Counted from the first letter of the stretch, positions 1 through 8,946 are shown. The stretch is DNA of 27,602 nucleotides from Actinomycetota bacterium (GCA_030837395.1 JAUPKO010000620.1:1-27602); one strand, 5' to 3'. Numbers and translations are program-made. Notes: a model not told the origin generated them from the sequence alone.

Positions 1-188
1 AACGCACCCCCAACACATGGAACAGCCGGACCCGCCGGCTCCACACCCATACCCCCAACCCGAAACAGCCCACAAACCAAAGAAAGCAATTCACCCAATT
101 ACTTGACGGTGGATCCAGGCTGAGACAGGGATCGGAAAAGCCCTGAAAAGTCGCCAATGAAACTTTACGAACCCTTTCTCAAGTCACT

Positions 189-227
189 CCTAACCACCGC
201 CGAATCCATAAACGGCGGAAGGTTAGG
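189..227 (+). promoter_or_regulatory. Hairpin overlapping the Shine-Dalgarno of the glycoside hydrolase gene
   Basis: CCTAACC(189-195)/GGTTAGG(221-227) and CCGCCG(197-202)/CGGCGG(213-218) pair around a 10-nt loop. The SD-like AGGTGA (225-230) lies 5 nt before ATG 236. Confidence 0.45.
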
Positions 228-235
228 TGATCAAA

Positions 236-1633
236 ATGTTCACACCCAGCGAGGCTCGGTCCCTCACCCGGATCGGACTTGTTCGCGTCGTCGGCCTCCT
301 GGTCGCACTGGTCACCGCGAGCCTCGCCTTCGGCCTCACCGCACCCACTTCAGCGCAGGCCGCAGTTGCCTCGGCCCCCATGTTCGGTGTTCAGTTCCAC
401 GGCGTCTGGGGCAACTACACCGACGCCACCCGCGCCCAGGTGCTCGACACGCTCAAGGCCAACGGCGCGAAGACGGTTCGCATCGACGTGTCGTGGCGGA
501 TGCTCGAGCCGGACGCACCGGGCGTTTTCAACAGCTGGGGCCTGGCCACCGTCGACAAGGCGATCACCATGGCCGCCAGCCGTGGGCTCAAACCGCTGGT
601 GACGCTGTGGATGACCCCCAAGTGGGCGACTGGCTCTGACAACGAGCGTCTCGCTCCCACCAGCGCCACCGCCCTCAACGCCCTGACGGACGTGAGCAAG
701 CGCCTCGCCGTTCGCTACAACGGCAAGGTGGACGCCTGGGAGGTCTGGAACGAGCCCAACAACGCGGACTTCATGCCCGGCGCCGACCCGGTGGTCTACG
801 CCAAGGTCCTCGCCGCGGCGAGCAAGGGCTTCAAGGCTGGCAGCCCCGCCACCCCGGTCGTCTTTGCCGGTACCTCCTACGTTGACGATGAGTGGATCGG
901 CAAGGCGCTGGCCGCTGGAGCCGCAGGCAAATACGACGTCATGGGAGTGCACCCGTACATGGCGGTCGCGGACCTCGCCCCCGACCTGGCCGACGACGGA
1001 ACGATGTGGCGCATGAACCACCTGCCGAACCTGATCAACGTGATGGGCAAGTACGGCGAAGCCAAGAAGCCGATCTGGTTCACCGAGTTCGGCTGGAGCG
1101 TGCACCCGACGCCGGCCGGCACCGCCAACTGGGCGCGGGGCGTCACCCCGGCACAGGCCACCGACTACCTCAACCGCACGGTCGCCCTGGTCAAGGCCAA
1201 GTACCCCACGGTCGCCCGCGTCTACTGGTACAAGGACCGCGCCGACTCGGCCGACGTCAACAACACCGGCTACGGCCTGGTGCTCCCCAACGGCAAGCCC
1301 ACCCCGACGCTGACCGCCGCCAAGGCGATCTTCGCGGCCCCGGTCGCCCCGGTCAAGCCCGCCGCTCCGGCCTCACTGACGGTGACGGCCACCAGCAAGG
1401 CGACGGTCGCCACAGCCCGCTGGACCGCCCCGACCAACGCCACCGTCACCGGCTACACAGTCCAACTGCGCAGGGTGGACCGGCCGTCGACCGCCACCAC
1501 CCAGGTGGCAGCCACCACCCTCACCACCAACTTCACCGTCGTGAAGGGAGGCACCTATCAGGTCGCAGTCGCAGCAACCAACGCAGCCGGTAGTGGGGCA
1601 TACAAAGTGTCCGCCCCATTCACAGTCCGCTGA
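236..1633 (+). CDS. Secreted clan GH-A glycoside hydrolase (GH5/GH39-like) with C-terminal fibronectin type III domain
   Basis: Signal peptide ending SAQA; acid/base motif WEVWNEPN; nucleophile motif PIWFTEFGW; GVHPY; Pro/Ala linker then FN3-like (ARWTAP...GYTV...YQVAVAATNAAGSG). ATG 236 preferred over GTG 227 because AGGTGA precedes it. Confidence 0.85.
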   Translation: MFTPSEARSLTRIGLVRVVGLLVALVTASLAFGLTAPTSAQAAVASAPMFGVQFHGVWGNYTDATRAQVLDTLKANGAKTVRIDVSWRMLEPDAPGVFNSWGLATVDKAITMAASRGLKPLVTLWMTPKWATGSDNERLAPTSATALNALTDVSKRLAVRYNGKVDAWEVWNEPNNADFMPGADPVVYAKVLAAASKGFKAGSPATPVVFAGTSYVDDEWIGKALAAGAAGKYDVMGVHPYMAVADLAPDLADDGTMWRMNHLPNLINVMGKYGEAKKPIWFTEFGWSVHPTPAGTANWARGVTPAQATDYLNRTVALVKAKYPTVARVYWYKDRADSADVNNTGYGLVLPNGKPTPTLTAAKAIFAAPVAPVKPAAPASLTVTATSKATVATARWTAPTNATVTGYTVQLRRVDRPSTATTQVAATTLTTNFTVVKGGTYQVAVAATNAAGSGAYKVSAPFTVR

Positions 1634-1666
1634 AGCCTGATCAACCTCAGCGCAAGCACTTCCGCC

Positions 1667-1699
1667 GATTCAAGCCCCGCCCAGCGCGGGGCTTGAATC
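1667..1699. terminator. Perfect 14-bp inverted repeat between convergent genes (likely bidirectional terminator)
   Basis: GATTCAAGCCCCGC-ccagc-GCGGGGCTTGAATC; overlaps the pfkB stop codon. Confidence 0.75.
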
Positions 1700-2627
1700 A
1701 TGTCTGGGCCCGCTCCCGCGCCAGCACCAACAGATCAGCCAACTGCGTCCGCGTCAGCAACCCGTCGCCGCCGGATCGGGCACAGGTCCAACGGGCAGCG
1801 CACTGGCCCGCCAGCAGCGCATCGGCCACCTCGGCTTCCCCGTACGCAGACGAGCCACCGATCAGGGCGAGCGTGTGCAGGAACCCCACCGCCAGGCCAT
1901 CGCCGGCGCCGTTCGTGTCGATCACGGGGAGTTCCAGCGACGGTGGCGGCTGGCGCACCAGCCCCTTGCCGACACGCACCATCGCGCCGTGGGCGCCCAG
2001 TCCCACCACGACAACGTCAGGTCCCAGCTCCTTCACCCGCGCAGCGGCGGCGGCCGGATCGGCAAGGTGGGCGCCCGACATGAACACCACGTCGGAGCCG
2101 GCGATGAAGTCAGCCCGGTAGGGGTCGCGCACGTCGGCGACATCCTGCAGGTCGGTGGCCACCAGGGCACCACTGGCCCGTGCCGCCGGCAGCAACTGCC
2201 GCGACCAATCCGACAGGTGGAACAGCACCACCCGCGCTCCGGTCAACGCATCGGCCGCTCCCTGCGGCACCGGCACCTGCATATGCCCGCGGCCATCGTA
2301 GAAGGCCCGGCGGCGGCCATCAGGCGTCATCAAATTGACACTGCGCGCGGTGCCGGCCGGGTCGAGCACCTCTGCTGCGATCACCACGCCGTCGATCGCG
2401 AACGCTCCGCGCACCATGGCCGCCGCCCAGTCGTCTCCGAAGGCCCCGATGAACCCCGTGCGCCAGCCGAGTCGCGCGAAGCCCCGACTGGTGAATCCAC
2501 CGGCCTGACCCACGGTGTCGACCGTACGCACCATGGTCGAGTCACGCGTCATGTCCGGCACGTCATCCGGCACATACACGAGTGTGTCGACCCCCGCCGC
2601 GCCCACCACGACTACGTCATAGGTCAT
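1698..2627 (-). CDS. PfkB/ribokinase family carbohydrate kinase
   Basis: N-terminal DVVVVGAAGVD, GQAGG substrate motif, C-terminal VIDTNGAGDG anion-hole motif; GGAG SD upstream. Confidence 0.88.
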   Translation of the reverse strand: MTYDVVVVGAAGVDTLVYVPDDVPDMTRDSTMVRTVDTVGQAGGFTSRGFARLGWRTGFIGAFGDDWAAAMVRGAFAIDGVVIAAEVLDPAGTARSVNLMTPDGRRRAFYDGRGHMQVPVPQGAADALTGARVVLFHLSDWSRQLLPAARASGALVATDLQDVADVRDPYRADFIAGSDVVFMSGAHLADPAAAAARVKELGPDVVVVGLGAHGAMVRVGKGLVRQPPPSLELPVIDTNGAGDGLAVGFLHTLALIGGSSAYGEAEVADALLAGQCAARWTCARSGGDGLLTRTQLADLLVLARERAQT

Positions 2628-2643
2628 CGACTTCTCCGGGGTG

Positions 2644-3900
2644 CTAGAGGTGCGCTGCCTGCCACAGCAGGGCCGAGTTGACCATGACGCTCACCCCGAT
2701 GCCGATCGCCCGCTCATCCACATCGAAGGTGGAGGCGTGCAGGTCGAGCCTGGGACCCTGTGACGCTGGATTGTGGGTGCCCAGGCGGGCGTAGGCCCCC
2801 GGCACGTCCTCCAGGTACCACGCGAACGAATCGCCGCCCCAGGACTGCTCAGTGGCGAATACCGCCTGGTCGCCGAACGAGGCCCGAGCGGCCTGCTCCA
2901 TCGTCCCCATGGCCTCGGCGTCGTTGACCACGGGAGGGATGCCCCGGTTGTAGATCAACTCCCATTCGGCACCGGTCTCGCCGAGCACGTCGTCAAGCGC
3001 CTGCCGCAGGATCGCCGGGGCGGCATCCCACAACTCCCGCGACGGCGTGCGCATCGTGCCACGCATCCGGGCCACGCTCGGGATCACGTTGGGCGCCTCG
3101 CCGGTGTGCAGGGCGCCGAACACCAACCGCGTGGCACCCACGGCGGCCGCGCGCTCGGCGAACCGCCCGGGCACGAGGGTGACGAGTTGTCCGGCCACGC
3201 GCACGAGGTCGACGGTGCGCTCCGGTCGCGCGGTGTGGCCGCCGGGGCCGCGCAGGACGATCTCCACCGTGTCCGAGGCCGAGGTGATGGCCCCCACCCG
3301 GCCGCCCAGTTGGCCCAGGTCGGCCTTGGGATCACAGTGCATCCCGAAGATCACCCCAACGTCTTCGAGATAGCCCTCCTTGATCACATCCACCGCCCCG
3401 CCGGGGACGGTCTCCTCGCCGGGCTCGAAGATCAGCCGCACCGGCCCGGGCAGCCGGCCCATCTCGTCCAGCGTCTGCAACGCGATACCGGCCCCGAGCA
3501 CCACCGAGGTGTGGACGTCGTGACCGCAGGCGTGGGCGACACCGGGGCGTCGGGAGGTGTACTCCGAATCGGTGAGGTCGTCCATGGCCAGGGCGTCGAT
3601 GTCGGCACGCAGCGCGACTCTCGGGCCGTCGCCGTAGCCCACATCGCAGATCAGACCGGTCCCGCGGGAGAGGACCTGCGGATCCAGGCCGTTGGCGCGT
3701 AGCCAGTTGCAGATCTTGTCGGTGGTGGCGTGCTCCTCATAACTGGGTTCCGGGTGCCGGTGCAGATCACGCCGGAAGTCAATGAGCGACGGGCCGTGCC
3801 GGCGCAGGAAGTTGCTCAAGTCCACGTGGCCCGGGGTGGAGGCGATCCCCGGGGTCGGCGCGTTGGACGGGGTCGCACCCGCGCCGGCCTCGGCCGTCAT
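2644..3900 (-). CDS. M20 family amidohydrolase (Acy1/HipO-like)
   Basis: RRDLHRHPEPSYEE, ALRADIDAL, HACGHDVH, FEPGEE, GPGGHTARP, GGDSF motifs; ATG overlaps the ybdK stop (ATGA). Confidence 0.9.
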   Translation of the reverse strand: MTAEAGAGATPSNAPTPGIASTPGHVDLSNFLRRHGPSLIDFRRDLHRHPEPSYEEHATTDKICNWLRANGLDPQVLSRGTGLICDVGYGDGPRVALRADIDALAMDDLTDSEYTSRRPGVAHACGHDVHTSVVLGAGIALQTLDEMGRLPGPVRLIFEPGEETVPGGAVDVIKEGYLEDVGVIFGMHCDPKADLGQLGGRVGAITSASDTVEIVLRGPGGHTARPERTVDLVRVAGQLVTLVPGRFAERAAAVGATRLVFGALHTGEAPNVIPSVARMRGTMRTPSRELWDAAPAILRQALDDVLGETGAEWELIYNRGIPPVVNDAEAMGTMEQAARASFGDQAVFATEQSWGGDSFAWYLEDVPGAYARLGTHNPASQGPRLDLHASTFDVDERAIGIGVSVMVNSALLWQAAHL

Positions 3901-5024
3901 ACTTGGGGTCCGTCGGTCAACTCGCGGGTCAGGCTCGCCACGACGTCACGCAAGTCCGCCCCCCGGGCAACAAGGTCCAACTGTCGTCGGTAGGAACCGC
4001 CCTGCGCCACCATGGTCGGTATCAGGTCCAACTCCGCGCGGCAGCCGAGCCGATCCGCGATGGGCCGCAACTGCTCGACAAGTTCGAGCATGTCCTCCTT
4101 CAGCGGCCGGTGGTCACCGTGGTCGTCGGTGATGATCTGCGCATCCAGGCCATAACGAGCGGCCCGCCACTTGTTCTCGCGTACCACCCAGGTATGACGC
4201 AGCGGCACCTCGGCGCCGGCGTCGATCAGGTCGTCGAACCAGGTGACCAGGCACTGCGCGAGCGCGGCGATGGCCGACACCTCCATCAACGACGGGATGC
4301 CGTCGCACATGCGCAACTCCACCGTGCCGAAACCGGGGTGTGGCCGGATGTCCCACCACACCTCGCGCACGGTCGAGATACTTCCGGCCCGGATCAGCGC
4401 GTCCAGGAACAGTTCGAACTCCGCCCAATCGTCCAGCCGCGGGGGCAGTCCGGCGGTCGGCATCACCTCGAACACCTTGGTCCGGGCGCTGGCCAGGCCG
4501 GTGTCCTCGGACTCCCAGAACGGACTCGAACAACTCAGCGCCAGCAGGTGCGGCAAGTAGGTGGTGAGTCCGTTGACGGTTGTGATGGCCTTCTCAGCCG
4601 ACCGCACTCCCACGTGCACGTGGACGCCGTGGATCATCAGCCGCCGGGCCGGCCACTGGATCGTCTCCACAAGTTGGTGGTAGCGAGGGTTGGGACTGAT
4701 GGTGAGGTCGGTCCACCGGGCGAACGGGTGGGTGCCCGAGGACATCATCGACACCCCGCGGGCGTCGAGCAGCGGTTGGAGCTCGTCGATGGTGCCTTGC
4801 AGGTCCGCGCGGGCCTCGGCGGGGGTCTCGCAGATGCCGGTGATCACCTCGATGCTGGACTCGAACAATTCGTGCTTGGCCTTGGGATGCTCCCCGCCGA
4901 AGGGCTCACCCATGGCACCGAGGATCTCGACCGAGCAGGGTTCGGGAAACCCGGTCTCGTTGTCGACGACCCAATACTCGACCTCGACGCCGAGTGTGCT
5001 CCGCTCGGACGAATTGAACTCCAT
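3897..5024 (-). CDS. ybdK: Glutamate--cysteine ligase GCS2 / YbdK-type carboxylate-amine ligase
   Basis: STLGVEVEY, GVHVHVG, ALSCSSPFW, WWDIRPHPGFGTVELR, ENKWRAARYG. Start moved to ATG 5024 (375 aa) because the track start at 5192 runs into tRNA-Glu. Confidence 0.9.
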   Translation of the reverse strand: MEFNSSERSTLGVEVEYWVVDNETGFPEPCSVEILGAMGEPFGGEHPKAKHELFESSIEVITGICETPAEARADLQGTIDELQPLLDARGVSMMSSGTHPFARWTDLTISPNPRYHQLVETIQWPARRLMIHGVHVHVGVRSAEKAITTVNGLTTYLPHLLALSCSSPFWESEDTGLASARTKVFEVMPTAGLPPRLDDWAEFELFLDALIRAGSISTVREVWWDIRPHPGFGTVELRMCDGIPSLMEVSAIAALAQCLVTWFDDLIDAGAEVPLRHTWVVRENKWRAARYGLDAQIITDDHGDHRPLKEDMLELVEQLRPIADRLGCRAELDLIPTMVAQGGSYRRQLDLVARGADLRDVVASLTRELTDGPQV

Positions 5025-5031
5025 GGGTAGA

Positions 5032-5037
5032 AAAGTA
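5032..5037 (-). promoter_or_regulatory. Putative -10 hexamer TACTTT, leaderless arrangement for ybdK
   Basis: TANNNT followed by 7 nt and then ATG 5024; no SD at normal spacing. Confidence 0.5.
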
Positions 5038-5184
5038 GTCCTGGTGCACACGTCTTGGCGCCCCGAATCCGCCCGGACCCACACTCGTCGGCCAACCCCG
5101 TGAGCCAATCGCCAACCCCCGGCGCCGTGCGGCCTGGTGGTCGCGTATGCTGAACGGGCTCTCACCGGCACGTCGCAATCCCTG

Positions 5185-5257
5185 GCCCCCATCGTCTAGC
5201 GGCCTAGGACGCCGCCCTTTCACGGCGGTAGCACGGGTTCGAATCCCGTTGGGGGTA
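5185..5257 (+). tRNA. tRNA-Glu (TTC)
   Basis: Acceptor GCCCCCA/TGGGGGT, anticodon arm CCGCC-CT TTC AC-GGCGG, GGTTCGAATCC T-arm; CCA not encoded. Confidence 0.97.
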
Positions 5258-5285
5258 CGCACAACGGTCATGTACTCACGTACCT

Positions 5286-5362
5286 GGCCCCGTAGCGCAG
5301 TTGGTTAGCGCGCCGCCCTGTCACGGCGGAGGTCGCGGGTTCGAGTCCCGTCGGGGTCGCCA
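5286..5362 (+). tRNA. tRNA-Asp (GTC)
   Basis: Acceptor GGCCCCG/CGGGGTC, anticodon loop CT GTC AC, GGTTCGAGTCC T-arm, encoded CCA at 5360-5362. Confidence 0.97.
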
Positions 5363-5386
5363 AAGGGTCGGGCAACCGACCCTTTG
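5361..5386 (+). terminator. Perfect 11-bp hairpin with GCAA tetraloop directly after tRNA-Asp
   Basis: CAAAGGGTCGG-GCAA-CCGACCCTTTG. Confidence 0.55.
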
Positions 5387-5435
5387 CTGTGATCGGTCTT
5401 GCCGCCGGCGATCCCGGTACGGAGGCCGGTCACAG

Positions 5436-5509
5436 GGCCAGGTAGCTCAGTTGGTACGAGCGCCCGCCTGAAAAGTGGGAGGTCGACGGTTCGACCCCGT
5501 CCCTGGCCA
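5436..5509 (+). tRNA. tRNA-Phe (GAA)
   Basis: Acceptor GGCCAGG/CCTGGCC, anticodon loop CT GAA AA, GGTTCGACCCC T-arm; followed by CCG rather than CCA. Confidence 0.96.
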
Positions 5510-5513
5510 CCGA

Positions 5514-5553
5514 GAAAAGGCCCCTCGCCGGTCACCGGCGGGGGGCCCTTTTC
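5514..5553 (+). terminator. Intrinsic terminator of the tRNA cluster
   Basis: GAAAAGGCCCCTCGCCGG-tca-CCGGCGGGGGGCCCTTTTC: GC-rich stem flanked by A4 and T4. Confidence 0.8.
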
Positions 5554-5658
5554 GACGCGCCGACCTCAAAGGTTTCTTGAAACTCTGCGGCATGCTCTGG
5601 CACTCTTGCCCTGTCCAATGCCGCTGCGGCTCGTTTCGCCGCTGAATGGGAGTCACCC

Positions 5659-6102
5659 ATGGGTTTCGTCGGGTCAGTCAAGTCCTGCTTCTCCAAGTAC
5701 GCCACCTTCTCGGGCCGCGCCCGCAGGTCCGAGTTCTGGTGGTTCTATCTGTTCACCCTCATCGTGGGCATCGTCGCCTATGTGATCGACCGTCTCGTCG
5801 GGTGGAACGTCACCACGAACGACGTCATCGTCAACGGCGAGACTTACACCGTCGCCTCGGCCTACAACCCGGGGTGGATCCAAGTGGTCGCAGGCCTCGC
5901 GGTGCTGCTGCCGATGATCGCCGTCTCAGTGCGACGCCTGCACGACCGTGATGCCTCCGGCTGGTGGTGGTGGCTGCAGCTGCTCAACTGCCTGTGCGGT
6001 CTGGGCACGCTGATCCTGGTCTTCGCCTTCTACATCCAGCCAGGTACCGCTGGCGCCAACAAGTACGGGCCCGACCCCAAGTCCATGGCCCCGACGGCGT
6101 AG
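5659..6102 (+). CDS. DUF805 (YhaH-like) inner membrane protein
   Basis: KYATFSGRARRSEFWWF, IAVSVRRLHDRDASGWW, NKYGPDP motifs; GGGAG SD. Confidence 0.92.
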   Translation: MGFVGSVKSCFSKYATFSGRARRSEFWWFYLFTLIVGIVAYVIDRLVGWNVTTNDVIVNGETYTVASAYNPGWIQVVAGLAVLLPMIAVSVRRLHDRDASGWWWWLQLLNCLCGLGTLILVFAFYIQPGTAGANKYGPDPKSMAPTA

Positions 6103-6119
6103 CCCACGCAGTACCCCCT

Positions 6120-6168
6120 GATCCCGTCCGACCCGTGCGGCCCCCGGCCGCGCGGATCGGGCGGGATC
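6120..6168. terminator. Long imperfect inverted repeat between convergent DUF805 and FNT genes
   Basis: GATCCCG/CGGGATC, CCGA/TCGG, CCG/CGG, GCGGCC/GGCCGC with a 3-nt loop. Confidence 0.65.
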
Positions 6169-6171
6169 GCT

Positions 6172-7044
6172 CTATGCGGCGTCAGTGGCCTCTTCGGCCG
6201 GGTGGTGCCGCAGGTAGCGACCCTCGTCGTTGATGTAGGCGTAGTACAGGCCGATCAGCACACCGCCCCCAACGAAGTTGCCCAAAAGCGAGATGATCAC
6301 CACCACGGTGGCCCCGACGGCGTCGATCCCGGTGTTCAGACCATGGGTGAGGAACAGCACGGTGTTGGCCACCGAGTGCTCGAACGCCAGGAAGGCGAAC
6401 ACGAACACCGACATGATCATCACCAGCGCCTTTAGCACATCGGACTTGATGGTGCCGTTGTAGACCAGGAGCATCGCGAGGTTGATCATGAAGTTGCACA
6501 GCACGGCCCGGAAGAACAGGTCGGTCATGCCCACCAGCCCGTCGGTGTAGTAGCCGAGCTTGGAGTCGACGGCCTCCTGCATGGCCGCGGTGGTGTCGCC
6601 GTTGAGCAACGATGTGAAGGCCACCAGCACGGCGATGAGCAGGCCGCCGAGGAAGTTGCCCATGAAACACAGCGCCAGCAGCGTGAGCGCCTTCTTGACT
6701 CCCGTGCGGTGGTAGTAGACGCCGATGCTGGTGATCATCATGTTGGATGTCAGCAACTCGGACTTGGAGTAGTAGATGAACACCAGCGCCCAGCCGAACA
6801 CCAGGGCCCCGAGGAACTTGCCGACCACGTGCAGGTTGCCCTCGCCGACGCTGATCTCATCGAACCCGGCGACGATCGTGTAGTAGGCCGTGTAGAAGAT
6901 GCCGACAATCACGCCGGCCATCGCGGCCCGCATGAGGTAGCGCTGGGCGACCTGCCCGGTCATGGCCGTCTTGGCATCGAGCAGATCGAGCACCGTGGAG
7001 ATGAACTGCTTGCCGGGGAACATCCGATCGGTGGTTCGGGTCAC
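6172..7044 (-). CDS. Formate/nitrite transporter (FNT) family protein
   Basis: About six TM helices; SELLTSNMM, AVLCNFMINLA, FEHSVAN, LLGNFVGG motifs. GTG 7044 has a leaderless-type -10; ATG 7023 is the alternative start. Confidence 0.9.
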   Translation of the reverse strand: MTRTTDRMFPGKQFISTVLDLLDAKTAMTGQVAQRYLMRAAMAGVIVGIFYTAYYTIVAGFDEISVGEGNLHVVGKFLGALVFGWALVFIYYSKSELLTSNMMITSIGVYYHRTGVKKALTLLALCFMGNFLGGLLIAVLVAFTSLLNGDTTAAMQEAVDSKLGYYTDGLVGMTDLFFRAVLCNFMINLAMLLVYNGTIKSDVLKALVMIMSVFVFAFLAFEHSVANTVLFLTHGLNTGIDAVGATVVVIISLLGNFVGGGVLIGLYYAYINDEGRYLRHHPAEEATDAA

Positions 7045-7051
7045 GACTGTG

Positions 7052-7057
7052 AGGCTA
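7052..7057 (-). promoter_or_regulatory. Putative -10 hexamer TAGCCT, leaderless arrangement for the FNT gene
   Basis: TANNNT, then 7 nt, then GTG 7044. Confidence 0.45.
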
Positions 7058-7105
7058 TTGGCGCGGCGACCCCGATGCGCGCGGGGCAGCGCAACTCAGG
7101 CCGCG

Positions 7106-8908
7106 TCAGGCGGGTCCGGGTGTGCTGTAGATCGCCTCGATCTCGTCGGCGAAGTCCTCGGTGATCACACCCCGCTTGAGCTTCTGTGTGGGCGTCATGT
7201 GGCCGGACTCCTCGGTGAACTCCACGTCCAGCAGTCGCCAGGACCGAATCGACTCGGCCTTGGAGACCGCTGCGTTGGCGTCATCCACCGCGGCCTGCAA
7301 CTCCTCGCGCAGGTCGGCATCGTCGTGCAACTCGGCCACCGTGGTGCCGGTCTTCTTGTGGGCGGCCGCCCAGGCCGGGAGTGCCTCCGGCGCGACCGTG
7401 ATCAGAGCACCGATGAACGGGCGTCCTTCACCCACCACGAGGGCCTGCCCGACCAGGTTGTGCGCCTGCATCCGATCCTCCAACACGGTCGGGGCAACGT
7501 TCTTGCCACCCGCCGTGACGATGATCTCCTTCTTTCGGCCGGTGATACTCAGGAAGCCATCGGCATCGAGGCTCCCGAGGTCGCCGGTGGCGAACCAGCC
7601 GTCGGTGTCGATCGCCGCGGCAGTAGCCGCAGCATTGTTGTGGTAGCCGGCCATGATGTGCGGTCCGCGCAGCGAGATCTCGCCGTCGTCGGCGATTCGC
7701 ACGGCCGTGCCCGGCATTGGTTGGCCGACCGACCCGATCCGTGGATTCTCAGCCCGGTTGAACGTGCCCGACGCCGTGGTCTCGGTCAGTCCGTAACCCT
7801 CCATCACGGTCAGACCGATGCCTGCGTAGAACATGCCCAGCCGCTCGCCCAGGCTGGCGCCGCCGGTGATCGCATAGCGCAGCCTGCCGCCCATCGCAGC
7901 GCGCAACTTGCCGTAGACCAGCCGGTCGAACAGGGCGTGCTGGGCGCGCAGGAGCAGCGAGGGGCCGGTGCCGGCATGGGTGGCGCGGCCGTAGTCGATC
8001 GCCACTGCTGCCGCGCGTTCGAAGATCCACCCCTTGCCGCCCGCGTGAGCCTTCTGCTGGGAGGCGCTGAAGATCTTCTCGAAGATTCTCGGCACCCCCA
8101 CCAGGAAGGTCGGCCGCACTGTGGCCATATCACCGACCAGCAGTTTCGGGTTGGGGCAGTGGGCCACCTTCATGCCGCCCTCCGCGCAATACACCTGCGC
8201 TCCCCGACCAAGCACATGCGCCAACGGCAGGAACAGCACCGTGGTGGCCTCCGGGGTCTGCACCACCGGACCAGTCGTGGCCACCAGCGTGCGCACCACG
8301 AACATCAGATTCGTGTGGGTGATCACACAGCCCTTGGGCCGTCCGGTGGTGCCCGAGGTGTAGACGATCGTGGCCGGGTCGGCGGGGGTGGCCTTGGCCG
8401 AACAGGCCGCAAGCTCGTCTTCGGGCACCGACTGCCCCTCGGCCGCGAGCTGGGCCAGGAGGTCATCGTCCATGACCCAGATCGGCGGCGGGGTCGCGGT
8501 GGCCGCCCGGACCCGATCGGCCGACGCGGCGGAGTCGGTGATGACCGCCGAGACGCCGCTGTCGGCCAGAATCCACTCGATCTGTTCGGCGGACGACGTA
8601 TCGTAGATCGGCACCGCGAAGGAGCCGGTCCGCCACAGGGCAAAGTCCAACACCGTCCACTCGTAGCGAGTCGGCGACATGATGGCCACGGGCGTGCCTG
8701 CCACGACCCCACGGGCGATCAGGCCCTTGGCTACCGCGTCCACCTGCGAGGCGAATTCGGCCGCAGTCACGTCACGCCAGCCGGACTCCTCGCGGACGGC
8801 GTACATGGGCCGGTCGGGGAAGAGGCCGGCGTTGCGGGCAGGAATCGAGCCCGCGGTGTCGGTGATGGGGAGGGCGACCGCGGCGGGGACCTCACGTTCG
8901 ACAATCAT
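7106..8908 (-). CDS. Long-chain fatty acid--CoA ligase (AMP-dependent synthetase, FadD15-like)
   Basis: IVYTSGTTGRPKG, LFLPLAHV, MEGYGLTET, GWFATGDLG, ITGRKKEIIVTAGGKNVAP, MTPTQKLKR. Start ATG 8908 (600 aa); the track start at 9256 overlaps the next gene. Confidence 0.93.
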   Translation of the reverse strand: MIVEREVPAAVALPITDTAGSIPARNAGLFPDRPMYAVREESGWRDVTAAEFASQVDAVAKGLIARGVVAGTPVAIMSPTRYEWTVLDFALWRTGSFAVPIYDTSSAEQIEWILADSGVSAVITDSAASADRVRAATATPPPIWVMDDDLLAQLAAEGQSVPEDELAACSAKATPADPATIVYTSGTTGRPKGCVITHTNLMFVVRTLVATTGPVVQTPEATTVLFLPLAHVLGRGAQVYCAEGGMKVAHCPNPKLLVGDMATVRPTFLVGVPRIFEKIFSASQQKAHAGGKGWIFERAAAVAIDYGRATHAGTGPSLLLRAQHALFDRLVYGKLRAAMGGRLRYAITGGASLGERLGMFYAGIGLTVMEGYGLTETTASGTFNRAENPRIGSVGQPMPGTAVRIADDGEISLRGPHIMAGYHNNAAATAAAIDTDGWFATGDLGSLDADGFLSITGRKKEIIVTAGGKNVAPTVLEDRMQAHNLVGQALVVGEGRPFIGALITVAPEALPAWAAAHKKTGTTVAELHDDADLREELQAAVDDANAAVSKAESIRSWRLLDVEFTEESGHMTPTQKLKRGVITEDFADEIEAIYSTPGPA

Positions 8909-8946
8909 CGTGTTCCAATCTCTTCGGTCGTGCGGGCAGCGAACAG

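Noticed and set aside
197-227. c-di-AMP (ydaO) riboswitch suggested by GCCGAATCC
   Set aside because: Only about 27 nt separate the motif from the start codon and the remaining ydaO helices and GGAACC/GGGG elements are absent.
5185-5509. Suppressor or otherwise recoded tRNA in the cluster
   Set aside because: Anticodons are ordinary TTC, GTC and GAA; none is CTA. The Glu-Asp-Phe order is the common actinobacterial one.
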